Of a stretch of DNA of 64,000 nucleotides, positions 39,288 to 51,000 are shown piece by piece (the first letter of the stretch is position 1; each line of letters opens with the position of its first letter). The stretch spans positions 1,920,001 through 1,984,000 of the forward strand of contig OY781066.1 in the NCBI GenBank assembly GCA_963676395.1, written 5' to 3'. This DNA comes from a bacterium (GTDB taxonomy: Bacteria; Fidelibacterota; Fidelibacteria; Fidelibacterales; Fidelibacteraceae). The translations under genes and the position numbers were made by a program. The notes beneath the pieces are model-generated. The model searched no databases. It was given only the letters and a program-made list of their open reading frames with translations, and was not told the DNA's origin.

Positions 39288-39311
39288 AAAAAAGGACTAC
39301 GAAAGTAGTCC
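39288..39311 (-). terminator. Intrinsic terminator of tgt
   Basis: Plus strand aaaaaa-ggactac-gaaa-gtagtcc. Confidence 0.7.
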
Positions 39312-39410
39312 AATATATTTTTTACAATTCAATATGTAAATCGCTTAAAGCACATCCTATCACAAAATCTTCAAGCATACGAGAACTCTGATAATGGCAT
39401 TCGTCGATAA

Positions 39411-40640
<1,230 letters not shown>

Positions 40641-40674
40641 TCAATAGCTTTGAGTTTAAACTCAGGATTACTGA
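40641..40674. repeat. Family-B palindrome copy
   Basis: tcaatagctttgagtttaaactcaggattactga. Confidence 0.6.
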
Positions 40675-40795
40675 GAATACTTTAAAATTGCCGTTTAGCT
40701 TCTGTCATATTTATTGTTTTAATCTAAAAAATAGGATAAATTAGGAACATCACCTGTTTGCATAGGTAAAATCTCTATTATCAGAGGATCTGAAA

Positions 40796-43700
40796 GTGAA
40801 AAAAACCATATTACTACTTCTGTTTTCGTTTGTGAGCATTAATGTTTTTGCTGCTTCGGCTATTAGTGATCTTAATTTTACTAATGGACATATTCTTGAT
40901 TTTAAGATCAAGACCGGTGAGCTAAGAATGCATAGTGAGTTTATTGCAGATACTTTGCATGAACGATATTCTTTACCCTTGGCAAATTTTACTCGCACAG
41001 AAGGCGAGCATTTATATGATGTTTTTCGTTATCCCATTGCCATTTCCGGATCCTTACCAAAGGTGAACGTTAATGTAAGTAAAACTGTACCAGCAGCACA
41101 TAAAATTAAAAACACTAAGTTGTATTCTATCTCTGAACCGCAGCGATATAGGGATCAGGATTTTGTTATTCTGAGTATCAATCCCTTTCTTGCAAATAAC
41201 ATGATCGCGGCGGAGTTGTGGGTGCAAGTCGATCTCGGAAAGACTGTTTCGGCAAGAATGCCTGAGAAATTTGATAGAATATTCCTAAATAGTGAATATG
41301 CCGCCGGATTGAAAGCTAGTAAAATAAAACCAGTCTCACTTAAAAAAAATAGTCCGGGTTTTAATGGTAATTGGCTGGATGTTACGGTGGATGAAGAGGG
41401 TATATTTGTTCTAGAAAAATCAGAGCTATTAGAAAAAGGTATCAGCGGGTCTATCAATGATGATCAAGTATATCTTTATGCAGGACCAGGATTTGGTTCC
41501 CATTTACGTGATGAGTTCCCCGATTCGAGTGACTTTCACTTAAAACAGGTACCGCTTCTATATTTACAAGGGAATTCGGATAATGAAGATCAATGGGTCT
41601 TCTATGCCAGTAAACCTTCAGCTTGGGAAAGGCAGGTTGAGGTCGAAGATATTCGCTATCACGAGTTTAAAACTGTTCCCTATGGTGAACAGCAACATTT
41701 TAGGCTATTTGTTGGATCGACAACAGAAGCTCCATTACGCATGCAACAGTCGACCCCTGTATTCGATGGCAGTGAACAAGTTGTAGATTATTTTTATCAA
41801 CGATACCATTACGAAAATGAATTGATCAATCCGGGTAAAGGTGGAGAGTTGTGGTTGGGAGAAAAGCTGAGATCAAATAGTACTTTCCCATTTTACTTAA
41901 ATAATTTGTATACCGAAACAACTTTACCTGCCTATATTCGCTTGGCTGTTGGACAGGTGTCAAAGGGTACCACTCGTTTTGATGTTTACGCCGGATCATC
42001 CAAACTTGGTATTTTTAGCGATACTATTGGGTCTGATTCCGATGATTTGGATAAAAAGAGTCAGATCGTTACAAATCGACAGTATAGATTTAATAACACC
42101 ATACTAAGTCCATTAACCGATGTAAAAATCCAAACTCAGGCATCTTCGAGTACCGCTGATAGCTATCTGGATTATATTGACATCATATATCCTGCACAAC
42201 CTATAGCTATTGATAGTACCCTGAATATGTGGTTTAAAGAGCATCCGCTTGATAGAAAGATCAGCGTCAGTGGTCTTGTTCCTACACTTAGTTATGTGTT
42301 TTCTGTGGATGATCCTTTTAGCACGAACTATTATCCTGTTAGTGGCTCAACGGCAGATATTTTAATCCCTTCATCAATATTGACCACGAGTATCATGGTC
42401 GTAAATGAAAGTCACTTTAAATCTCCCTTATCAGTCTCGCTTTTACCGGATTTTACTCCTACTTTGGCGGAAGACCATAGTCAACAGACTGATTTGTTGA
42501 TTATAACACCGGAAGTGTTCAAATCGGAAGCCGAACGATTAGCTACCTTTAAAGAAAATAGAAATATTTCACCCTTAACGACTCAAGTGAAAACATATTC
42601 CGAGATAATAAACCAGTTTAATGCCGGAAATAATGATCCCTATGCTATTTGGCATTATTTGTCAGATATGTATATGATGGCACCTGACCCCAAACCACAG
42701 TATGTACTTTTATTGGGTGATGGTCACTTTGATTATCAAAACAAGCTTTATTCGATACAAAATTTTATACCTTTTTTATATGAGCCCAATGCTTTGTGGC
42801 CTTGTGATGATATTTTTGTGATGGTGAATTCTCGTGAGGATAAAACCAATGATATGGCAATTGGCCGCATCCCGGCAAATTCAATTAATGAAGTAAAGTA
42901 CGCCATTGACAAGATCATTCATTATGATAGTCGTATAGAACGAGGTGAATGGCAATTAAATTCTTTACTGGTAGCTGATGATCCTTCCGATCCGCCTCAA
43001 GGTGGACGTTTTTTTGATCAAACTGAGTTTATCCAAGATTCGGAAGATCTTTATAATGATTTTTTACCAAAAGCTATGCAGGCCAAAAAAGTCTATTTAA
43101 CGGAATATCCCGAGAGATATATTACCGAGTTACAAACCACCGGCCGTGATGGCGCCCGTGAAGATATTATGGAAGCCTTTTTAAATGGAGTTTCGTTTGT
43201 GAATTACTATGGGCATGGTGATCCTTCCGTATGGTCACAGGAAAAAGTATTTATCAAGAATGATTTGATCCGTATGAAAGTGAATAAAAAATATCCATTC
43301 GTTTTGGCGGCAACCTGTTCTTGGGGACGGTCGGATAATCCGGATTTTCAAAGCATGGCTGAAGAATTGGTGACTATGGAAGAAAACGGAGCTATTGCTA
43401 CGCTTGCCGCTGTTCGTGGCGTGTTTCATCCTAATAATGTGAAATTCGTACAAGATTTTGCAACCGGCTTATTTATTGGAGCTCCGGAATTTTCTAATAC
43501 TCCTTTAATGGGTGATGCTGTTTTATATTCTAAGATCTCGTCTTCCGGCACGGTAGTATTACCGTCTAAAGAAAGCAATAACTTAATGTTTATGTATTTT
43601 GGTGATCCAAGTATAATTCCTGCATTTCCTCAATATATTGGGGAGATAGATTCTATTAGTCGTGATACATTAAGAGCTCTTGATCAAGTTTTGGTTGAAG

Positions 43701-44686
43701 GTCGAGCTTTAGATTTGAATGGTAGTGATCCGTCACAATTTTCCTTAAATGGCAAGATAACAGTATATGACAATGATTATCAAGTACGCCGTGAATTTAT
43801 AAAAGATACATCCGGATCTAAATCTTCAATCTCATATTTTCTAGAAGGTAATAGATTATTTAACGGTGATGTTGAATTTGATGGTAATACATTTTCAACT
43901 CAAGTATTTATTCCTAAGGATATTCAATATATGGGAAAAGAAGGGAAAGTCCGGATCATGTATTGGAATGAGGATGGAAGTTTTGATGGTGCGGCTGTGA
44001 TTGATGATATTCATGTAGGTGGAATCAATCCGCACGCTGCAAATGATATTACCGGTCCGGAAATTACACTAAGTTCATCGACTATAGAGTTGCAAAATGG
44101 TGCGATTGTATATGATACCAGTAAAATTGCCATTCTTTTTGAGGATGTCAGTGGTGTAAATATTACAGGTACTTCGGGGCATACACTTGAAATGAACATA
44201 GATAATGGTGCAAGGAATGTTGATCTTTCGGAGTTGTTTTCTTACGAGGATAACGGCTATGTAAATGGTAATGTTGAATTCTTGGTCGAAAATTATCTGG
44301 ATGAAGGAGAGCATCTTATAGAGATCTGCGCTTACGATAATTATAATAATTATTCCGAAGTTGAGATCATGATCAATGTAATTGCATCGGATGGAGATGT
44401 TGTTGCAAATTTAGTCAATTTCCCCAATCCTTTTAAAGTCAATACCGATATTACTTTTTCATCTGTATTTGCGGCCACCGCGAGTTTTAGGGTTTATACC
44501 ATTTCAGGCAAGAAGGTCTATGATGAAGAAAATATCAGCATTGATCCGGGCTTTAATGCCATCCCTTTTACTGCCGAAGATGAATATGGTCACAAATTGG
44601 CTGCCGGTGTATATTTTTATGTAATAGAGCTGAATAATGGAATTGAAACAATTAAGCAGCACAGTAAAATGGTGGTATTGCCGTGA
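40796..44686 (+). CDS. porU: Type IX secretion sortase PorU-like protein (peptidase C25 family) with a C-terminal sorting domain
   Basis: YVLLLGDGHFDY, IGRIP, NYYGHG (His), ATCSWGRSD (Cys), FGDP, DITGPEI, AYDNYNN, NFPNPF...GVYFY. Confidence 0.85.
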   Translation: MKKTILLLLFSFVSINVFAASAISDLNFTNGHILDFKIKTGELRMHSEFIADTLHERYSLPLANFTRTEGEHLYDVFRYPIAISGSLPKVNVNVSKTVPAAHKIKNTKLYSISEPQRYRDQDFVILSINPFLANNMIAAELWVQVDLGKTVSARMPEKFDRIFLNSEYAAGLKASKIKPVSLKKNSPGFNGNWLDVTVDEEGIFVLEKSELLEKGISGSINDDQVYLYAGPGFGSHLRDEFPDSSDFHLKQVPLLYLQGNSDNEDQWVFYASKPSAWERQVEVEDIRYHEFKTVPYGEQQHFRLFVGSTTEAPLRMQQSTPVFDGSEQVVDYFYQRYHYENELINPGKGGELWLGEKLRSNSTFPFYLNNLYTETTLPAYIRLAVGQVSKGTTRFDVYAGSSKLGIFSDTIGSDSDDLDKKSQIVTNRQYRFNNTILSPLTDVKIQTQASSSTADSYLDYIDIIYPAQPIAIDSTLNMWFKEHPLDRKISVSGLVPTLSYVFSVDDPFSTNYYPVSGSTADILIPSSILTTSIMVVNESHFKSPLSVSLLPDFTPTLAEDHSQQTDLLIITPEVFKSEAERLATFKENRNISPLTTQVKTYSEIINQFNAGNNDPYAIWHYLSDMYMMAPDPKPQYVLLLGDGHFDYQNKLYSIQNFIPFLYEPNALWPCDDIFVMVNSREDKTNDMAIGRIPANSINEVKYAIDKIIHYDSRIERGEWQLNSLLVADDPSDPPQGGRFFDQTEFIQDSEDLYNDFLPKAMQAKKVYLTEYPERYITELQTTGRDGAREDIMEAFLNGVSFVNYYGHGDPSVWSQEKVFIKNDLIRMKVNKKYPFVLAATCSWGRSDNPDFQSMAEELVTMEENGAIATLAAVRGVFHPNNVKFVQDFATGLFIGAPEFSNTPLMGDAVLYSKISSSGTVVLPSKESNNLMFMYFGDPSIIPAFPQYIGEIDSISRDTLRALDQVLVEGRALDLNGSDPSQFSLNGKITVYDNDYQVRREFIKDTSGSKSSISYFLEGNRLFNGDVEFDGNTFSTQVFIPKDIQYMGKEGKVRIMYWNEDGSFDGAAVIDDIHVGGINPHAANDITGPEITLSSSTIELQNGAIVYDTSKIAILFEDVSGVNITGTSGHTLEMNIDNGARNVDLSELFSYEDNGYVNGNVEFLVENYLDEGEHLIEICAYDNYNNYSEVEIMINVIASDGDVVANLVNFPNPFKVNTDITFSSVFAATASFRVYTISGKKVYDEENISIDPGFNAIPFTAEDEYGHKLAAGVYFYVIELNNGIETIKQHSKMVVLP

Positions 44687-45270
44687 TCAAGCAAGTAAAT
44701 ATACCTGTTGTTCTTGCTTCCGCTTCGCCACGACGAAAGGCTTTGCTTCAGGAACTAGGACTTAAATTTGAGGTTATACCGGCTCCTATAGATGAAACAC
44801 ATTTGGCAAATGAGAGTGCTCTGGAGTATGTCCGTAGATTGGCTTTGGAAAAAGGGCGGGTAATCGCTCAGCAGTATCCCAAAAGTATGATCATTTCTTC
44901 TGATACTATTGTTGTTTTTAATCATAATATTCTCGGTAAACCGACGTGTGAAGCGGACGCCGAACGGATGTTAAAAGCATTGTCCGGACGTTCTCATGAG
45001 GTGATAACCGCATTTAGTATTCAATGTATTGATCATGATATTGAGTTACTTGAACATGAAATTACCGAAGTGCATTTTCGAAAGCTAAGCAAAGATGATA
45101 TTGATGAATATATTCTAAGTGGTTCACCTATGGATAAAGCCGGTGCTTATGGTATTCAGGATCTTGATGCTTATTTGGTGGATCGTATTAATGGTTCATA
45201 TCAAAACGTTATGGGTTTCCCGCTCGCGAAGTTTGCCCTGGTATGGAATGGTTTGGTAGCTGGTATTTAG
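44683..45270 (+). CDS. maf: Maf-family nucleoside triphosphate pyrophosphatase (YhdE-like)
   Basis: LASASPRRK, SDTIV, ILGKP, DKAGAYGIQ, NVMGFP. Confidence 0.94.
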   Translation: MIKQVNIPVVLASASPRRKALLQELGLKFEVIPAPIDETHLANESALEYVRRLALEKGRVIAQQYPKSMIISSDTIVVFNHNILGKPTCEADAERMLKALSGRSHEVITAFSIQCIDHDIELLEHEITEVHFRKLSKDDIDEYILSGSPMDKAGAYGIQDLDAYLVDRINGSYQNVMGFPLAKFALVWNGLVAGI

Positions 45271-45316
45271 TAAGATAAAGTATAGTTTATATTGACTGTA
45301 AATTTTTTAATCAATA

Positions 45317-45348
45317 AAAGAAAAGCTCCATAATGGAGCTTTTCTTTT
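45317..45348. terminator. Bidirectional intrinsic terminator between maf and dnaK
   Basis: aaaagaaaagctcca-taa-tggagcttttctttt. Confidence 0.85.
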
Positions 45349-45363
45349 TATGTCAGAGATTCA

Positions 45364-47286
45364 TTACTTTTCTTCGTCAACGACTTCATAATCTGCGTCT
45401 TCAACGTCGTCTGCTTGCTCTGTACCGGCATTCGGATCAGCTTGCTGACCGCCCATATCGGGTCCGCCTGCTTGCTGTTGTGCTTGTTGAGCTTGTGCAT
45501 AAACTTTCTCAGAGATTTTCATCATTGCGCTGTTAACGGCTTCGATCTTTGCTGTAATGTCATCAACATCATCTGATGTTTTAACTTTTTCCAGTTCGTC
45601 CAAAGCGTCTTCAACGGGTTTCTTGTCAGCATCTTCAAGTTTGTCACCGAATTCTTCCAAAGATTTGCGTGTTGAGAAGAGAATCTGTTCAGCTTGATTG
45701 TGAGCTTCTACTTTCTTGCGGAATTTTTCATCTTCTTCAGCGTGTTTGTCAGCTTCATCGGTCATCTTTGAGATTTCTTCATCAGTCAAACCGCTTGAGG
45801 ATTCGATGCGGATATTTTGCTCTTTGTTGGTTGCTTTATCTTTAGCGGTAACATTCATAATACCGTTGGCATCAATATCGAAAGAAACTTCGATCTGGGG
45901 AACACCGCGTGGTGCTGCAGGAATGCCATCTAGAATGAAACGACCAAGTGTTTTGTTGTAAGCAGCTTGTGAGCGTTCACCCTGAAGAACATGGATCTCA
46001 ACCTGAGGTTGATTATTGGCGGCTGTAGAGAAGACTTCTGACTTCTTTACGGGGATTGTTGTGTTCTTTTCTATCAGTTTGGTGAATACGCCACCAAGTG
46101 TTTCAATACCGAGTGATAGGGGAGTAACATCTAAAAGAAGAACATCTTTAACATCACCTTGAAGTACGCCACCTTGGATAGCTGCACCAACAGAAACAAC
46201 TTCATCGGGGTTCACTGTTTTGTTGGGTTCTTTACCAAAAATATCCTTTACGATTTTCTGAACTGAAGGTATACGAGTTGAACCACCTACAAGGATGACT
46301 TCATCAATGTCAGATGCGCTTAAACCGGCATCTTTAATGGCATCAACACAAGGTTTACGAACGCGAGATATAAGGCTTGCCGTTAACTGATCAAATTTTG
46401 CGCGTGTCAATGATAGGTTTAAGTGTTTGGGACCGCTTGAATCTGCCGTCAGGTAAGGAAGATTGATTTCTGTTTGCATTGCAGTTGAAAGTTCCATTTT
46501 AGCTTTCTCAGCAGCTTCTTTTAAGCGCTGAACAGCCATAGGATCACCTGAGATATCCATGTTTTCTTGTTTCTTGAATTCTTCCAATAGATATTCAATA
46601 AGTGCTTGATCGAAATCATCACCACCTAAGTGAGTATCGCCGTTGGTTGACTTTACTTCGAAAACACCGTCGCCGATTTCTAGAATAGATATATCAAATG
46701 TACCGCCACCAAGGTCGAAAACGGCTACTTTTTCTTCTTTGCCTTTATCCAAGCCGTAAGAAAGTGCCGCTGCGGTAGGCTCATTGATAATACGTTTAAC
46801 TTCCAAGCCTGCAATTTTACCGGCATCTTTGGTGGCTTGACGCTGTGAGTCATTAAAGTAAGCTGGAACCGTAATAACGGCTTCTGTCACTTTTTCACCC
46901 AAATAGTCTTCTGCAATTTGTTTCATTTTTTGTAGAACCATTGCAGATACTTCGGGAGGTGAATATGTTTTTTTGTCAATCTTTACACGAACATCGTTAT
47001 TTTTGCCTTTTTCAACGGTGTAAGGGACCTCGTTGATCTCATTGGCAACTTCTTTGAACATACGGCCCATGAAGCGTTTGATCGAATAGATAGTGTTTTG
47101 GGGATTCGTAACTGCTTGACGTTTTGCAGGCGCTCCTACTAAACGTTCTCCGTCTTTTTTAAATGATACAACTGAAGGTGTTGTACGGTTACCTTCTGCA
47201 TTAACCAAAACCTTTGGTTCGTTCCCCTCCATTATGGAGACGCAGGAGTTGGTTGTTCCTAAGTCGATTCCTATTATTTTACCCAT
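45364..47286 (-). CDS. dnaK: Chaperone DnaK (Hsp70)
   Basis: [33 protein letters not shown]. Confidence 0.98.
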   Translation of the reverse strand: MGKIIGIDLGTTNSCVSIMEGNEPKVLVNAEGNRTTPSVVSFKKDGERLVGAPAKRQAVTNPQNTIYSIKRFMGRMFKEVANEINEVPYTVEKGKNNDVRVKIDKKTYSPPEVSAMVLQKMKQIAEDYLGEKVTEAVITVPAYFNDSQRQATKDAGKIAGLEVKRIINEPTAAALSYGLDKGKEEKVAVFDLGGGTFDISILEIGDGVFEVKSTNGDTHLGGDDFDQALIEYLLEEFKKQENMDISGDPMAVQRLKEAAEKAKMELSTAMQTEINLPYLTADSSGPKHLNLSLTRAKFDQLTASLISRVRKPCVDAIKDAGLSASDIDEVILVGGSTRIPSVQKIVKDIFGKEPNKTVNPDEVVSVGAAIQGGVLQGDVKDVLLLDVTPLSLGIETLGGVFTKLIEKNTTIPVKKSEVFSTAANNQPQVEIHVLQGERSQAAYNKTLGRFILDGIPAAPRGVPQIEVSFDIDANGIMNVTAKDKATNKEQNIRIESSSGLTDEEISKMTDEADKHAEEDEKFRKKVEAHNQAEQILFSTRKSLEEFGDKLEDADKKPVEDALDELEKVKTSDDVDDITAKIEAVNSAMMKISEKVYAQAQQAQQQAGGPDMGGQQADPNAGTEQADDVEDADYEVVDEEK

Positions 47287-47376
47287 GGTCTTTCTCCTTT
47301 ATGTCATTACCGGCTGGCGGGTTAAACCGGCCGCTGTGTTTTTGGTTTTTCAATTGTCATCCGACATATAAAATAT

Positions 47377-47392
47377 TGCAAATATAATGCCA
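47377..47392 (-). promoter_or_regulatory. Sigma-54 (-24/-12) type promoter upstream of dnaK
   Basis: Minus strand TGGCAT-TATAT-TTGCA, matching TGGCAC-N5-TTGCW with exact spacing. Confidence 0.6.
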
Positions 47393-47668
47393 AAGAATAA
47401 TATATGACAAAATGACAATAAGTATGACATTTAAATGAGTATGTCGTGACATATTGCGTATCTAAGCATAAAAATGAGAAAGTATGAACAATAAACTCAG
47501 TGCTATTGGATGTATGCAATGTCGGTGAATACCCATGTTTTGCAGGTTAATTGTGCAAGTGTTGAGCTAAATTGCTTGCTTATTATAAATATCAATCCCT
47601 AGAATTTCTTCACTTTTAATTCTTAATTATCTATATTATCCAGACTTAGTTAATAATAGGCAGGGATT

Positions 47669-48319
47669 ATGGTAAAACCACCGTTTATAGGTGCTTCAGA
47701 GGTATTAGAGATTTCCACAGAGGATATTTTCCAGCAATTAAATAAGCAAGTATTATTTAAATCTCGCTGGAAAATGCCAAGGGGCGGGGAAGAGATGCTG
47801 GCTGATCTGATTGATGATGAGCGCATTTTTGCTTATATGGATCCTCAGGCAATTTATGGTTATTTCCCCGTTTTTCGGAAAGAGAAAACGTTGGTTCTTG
47901 AAAATGCAGTTTGGGAATTTCCTGAAATAAAGTCAAAATGTTTGGTCGATCATTTTCAATCGAAAGAAGAGGGCAGTGATATTATCGCTCTTCAAGCTGT
48001 AACCATTGGTTCCGAATCTGTAGAACTTTCAAAAAAGATGTATGCAAATAATGATTATGCTGAATATTTTTTACTGTACGGCCTGGCCGCCGAAATGACA
48101 GAAACTTTAGCTGAAATAATAAATGAAAAGATCAATAAAGAACTTGGTGTAAAAACCATAAGACGGTCTTTTGGATATCCGGCTTGTCCTGATCTTTCAT
48201 ATCAAAGCGCCTTGTTGGAATTATTGAAAGCCGATAGAATTAACCTTAAGCTTTTAGAGAGTAATCAACTGATTCCTGAGTTTTCTACAACTGCGATGGT
48301 GATACAAGCCTTATCATAA
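47669..48319 (+). CDS. Stand-alone B12-dependent methionine synthase activation domain protein
   Basis: AIYGYFPV, LQAVTIG, YGLAAEMTETLAE, RRSFGYPACPDL, LIPEFSTTA. Confidence 0.85.
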   Translation: MVKPPFIGASEVLEISTEDIFQQLNKQVLFKSRWKMPRGGEEMLADLIDDERIFAYMDPQAIYGYFPVFRKEKTLVLENAVWEFPEIKSKCLVDHFQSKEEGSDIIALQAVTIGSESVELSKKMYANNDYAEYFLLYGLAAEMTETLAEIINEKINKELGVKTIRRSFGYPACPDLSYQSALLELLKADRINLKLLESNQLIPEFSTTAMVIQALS

Positions 48320-48330
48320 GAAGTGACGGG

Positions 48331-48537
48331 TGTCATTTCGACCGCAATGAATCAACCTGTGGTTGATGAATGGAGTAGAGAAATCTCAAAAGAATAGTTA
48401 TACATTAAGTTGATTAATTGTGAATGATACATTGGAGTAGCTATTTAATAACATGAATCCAATAGTCAAAAAAGAATTTATAAAATTTGAGATCTCTCCG
48501 CTACGCACTACTTTGTAGTCCTACGGTCGAGATGACA
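48331..48537. mobile_element. MITE/REP-doublet-like element with terminal inverted repeats
   Basis: Left end tgtcatttcgaccg and right end cggtcgagatgaca (13/14 inverted match). Inner inverted pair agtagagaaatctcaaa / tttgagatctctccgct. No ORF. Confidence 0.65.
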
Positions 48538-48559
48538 ATTATAACAATAAAGGACAACT

Positions 48560-49894
48560 ATGAGCGAAGTAAAACGACAATTGAATCTGTTTCAGGTGGT
48601 GGCAATTATTATCGGACTGGTGATTGGTTCTGGAGTTTTTATTAATATTGCTCCTGTCCAGCGAGCTACTGGTTCACCGGGTTTGGCTGTGATAGCATGG
48701 GCGATAGGTGGACTTTTTATGCTACCTCAGATCTTTATATATGCCGAATTGGGAACCGCTTATCCAAGTCAGGGTTTTGGTTATCTTTATCTGCAGAAAG
48801 CAGGTTCGCCTATGTTGGCTTTTCTATATACATGGACAGCGTTTTGGACCTCTGATATGCCCTCGATCACTATTTTAAGTATTGCTGCGGTTTCAGCTTT
48901 AGATGTGTTCATTCCGGCATTAACCGTTGATGCGATGTCCACGAAATTGATAGCGATTGCTGTAATTCTTGTGCTAACCTTAATTCATGTTCGCTCAGTA
49001 AAACAAGGATCTTGGATACAGGTGATCTTAACGGTGTTAAAAATCCTGCCGCTTGCTATTCTTGCAATTATTGGATTATTTTATTTTAAATCCCCCAACT
49101 TATTTTTGGAACCACAGGTGGCAGAACCTGCAAAGCATTCGGTACTGTGGTTGCTTATGATGGGCGCCGCCGGCACGGTATGGTCTTATGCCGGTTTTCC
49201 GAATGTCATGTATATGGCCGGAGAAGTAAAAAATCCTCAACGTAATATCCCACTGGCATTGATCGGTTCGGCTTTATTTGTGACCTTAATGTATATTCTT
49301 ATTTCATTTGCTTCGGGAGCTTTGATCCCACATGAAGAAATTGTTCAAACGACAGGATTTTTAAATCCATTTAAGTATTTGCCGGCTTTTGCTAAGATCG
49401 CCTCGGGCTTTCTTGCTGTTGCTGCATGCATATCATGTATCGGGGCAACCAATGTTTGCGTGATGAGTCAGCCAAGATTACAATATGCAATGGCAAAGGA
49501 CGGTTTATTTTTTCAGGCTTTTGGTAAGATACATCCCAAATTCGGCACACCGGTCAACTCCATTTTATTACAATCCGGATTTGCTATTATTTTAGTATTC
49601 CTGAGCCAGGATACGCTTGATACACTGCTTGGATATTTTACTTTTTCATACCTCCTTCAGAATATCTTGGTCTATGGTTCTATCTTTTGGTTGAAAAAGC
49701 GTGATGATTACAAGCCAGCATATAAATCACCCATGTGGCGAGTTATGACTATTCTTGCCATTATATTACCCATACCTTTGATCATTGCAAGTTTTTCTAC
49801 ATTTCCCTTAATGGGGATATTGTTCAGTATCGGATTCACGGTGTTGGGTATACCGGTGTATTATTTGTTTAAGAATAGAATGAATACTAAATAG
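48560..49894 (+). CDS. APC-family amino acid permease
   Basis: IGSGVF, YAELGTAYP, AGEVKNPQRNIP, PRLQYAMAKDGLFF, HPKFGTP; ~12 TM segments. Confidence 0.92.
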   Translation: MSEVKRQLNLFQVVAIIIGLVIGSGVFINIAPVQRATGSPGLAVIAWAIGGLFMLPQIFIYAELGTAYPSQGFGYLYLQKAGSPMLAFLYTWTAFWTSDMPSITILSIAAVSALDVFIPALTVDAMSTKLIAIAVILVLTLIHVRSVKQGSWIQVILTVLKILPLAILAIIGLFYFKSPNLFLEPQVAEPAKHSVLWLLMMGAAGTVWSYAGFPNVMYMAGEVKNPQRNIPLALIGSALFVTLMYILISFASGALIPHEEIVQTTGFLNPFKYLPAFAKIASGFLAVAACISCIGATNVCVMSQPRLQYAMAKDGLFFQAFGKIHPKFGTPVNSILLQSGFAIILVFLSQDTLDTLLGYFTFSYLLQNILVYGSIFWLKKRDDYKPAYKSPMWRVMTILAIILPIPLIIASFSTFPLMGILFSIGFTVLGIPVYYLFKNRMNTK

Positions 49895-49979
49895 TATAGC
49901 TTATTCTTTGGGCCGAATCTATGTGTTTTTTTTTAGAAAAAGGCACATTCAGCTTCGTATAAATGTTATTAATTAAGTT

Positions 49980-50999
49980 TTAACGGTCGAGTAATACATC
50001 TATGGCTGTTTCGATAACGGTATCGAGACCTTGTTGCATATCGATAGAATCCAGTACGGCATAATGGTCGGGAGGTACACCGTTTTCGTAGTTTAGGCCA
50101 TCGGGTGTAAGACTGCGAGTAATGGAAAAGCGATAAGTCCAGCCATTAGGGAGTTGCCCGCCATTCGGCATGCCGAGACCACCACCTGTGGTATCACCCA
50201 CAAGAACAATATTGTCCAATTCAAGAGTAGCGAGCGAGAACATAGATGTCGCGGAATATGATCCACGATCTATCAATACTGCTATCGGTTTATTATAATG
50301 CAAGGATGAATCCGCAGGTGAAATGAAAAGATCTTCGTTTTCGGTAAATTCATCGTGGGCGGGACCGGATTTGATACAGGTAGTATAGATAGGACCATCG
50401 TAATATGAGAAGTATGACAGGAGACTGAAGACATTCATGAGGTAACCACCGCCGTTTTGACGCATATCCAGGATCATGCCGTCTGTATCTTTGTATCGAT
50501 TGAAAATATATTTAATATTCGCTGATGTGAATGTTGAAGAAAATGAACTGTAACGAACATAAGCAATACGATTATTCTCAATAAAATCGTGTGAAAATGC
50601 TCCGGTCGAGTAGTAATCATCCCCTAGATAATTATCTTTTAAAAAGCGCCAATTTATGTTTTGTGGTCCCAATTTTGTGATATCATAGCGGGAAATATTA
50701 AAATCTGAAAATAGGTTTACATGCCCATCTTTGAGTTCATTAAGCATTTCTCCCAGAACAATAAAAAGTGAGTCATCTGTCATATCATCATTGATGCGCG
50801 CTGAATATTCCGTGTATATCTCATCCCAGTCAACATTCTTGACATCAAAATATGCATATTGTTTGTCAACTTTATTCCAAAGGTATTCGAAAGTGGCCGT
50901 CGGACCTGTTTCGGGATCTTGTGAAAATATTATTTGCTCACAGGATGTGATTGTCAATAATAAGATAAATGATATGAGGCTAAGTATAATTTTTTTCAT
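49980..50999 (-). CDS. S41-family peptidase lipoprotein (Tricorn C1-like plus S41 domains)
   Basis: Lipobox ITSC; LKDGHVNL, ILDMRQNGGG, SYSATSMF, VGDTTGGG, GVPPD. Confidence 0.9.
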   Translation of the reverse strand: MKKIILSLISFILLLTITSCEQIIFSQDPETGPTATFEYLWNKVDKQYAYFDVKNVDWDEIYTEYSARINDDMTDDSLFIVLGEMLNELKDGHVNLFSDFNISRYDITKLGPQNINWRFLKDNYLGDDYYSTGAFSHDFIENNRIAYVRYSSFSSTFTSANIKYIFNRYKDTDGMILDMRQNGGGYLMNVFSLLSYFSYYDGPIYTTCIKSGPAHDEFTENEDLFISPADSSLHYNKPIAVLIDRGSYSATSMFSLATLELDNIVLVGDTTGGGLGMPNGGQLPNGWTYRFSITRSLTPDGLNYENGVPPDHYAVLDSIDMQQGLDTVIETAIDVLLDR

Positions 51000-51000
51000 A

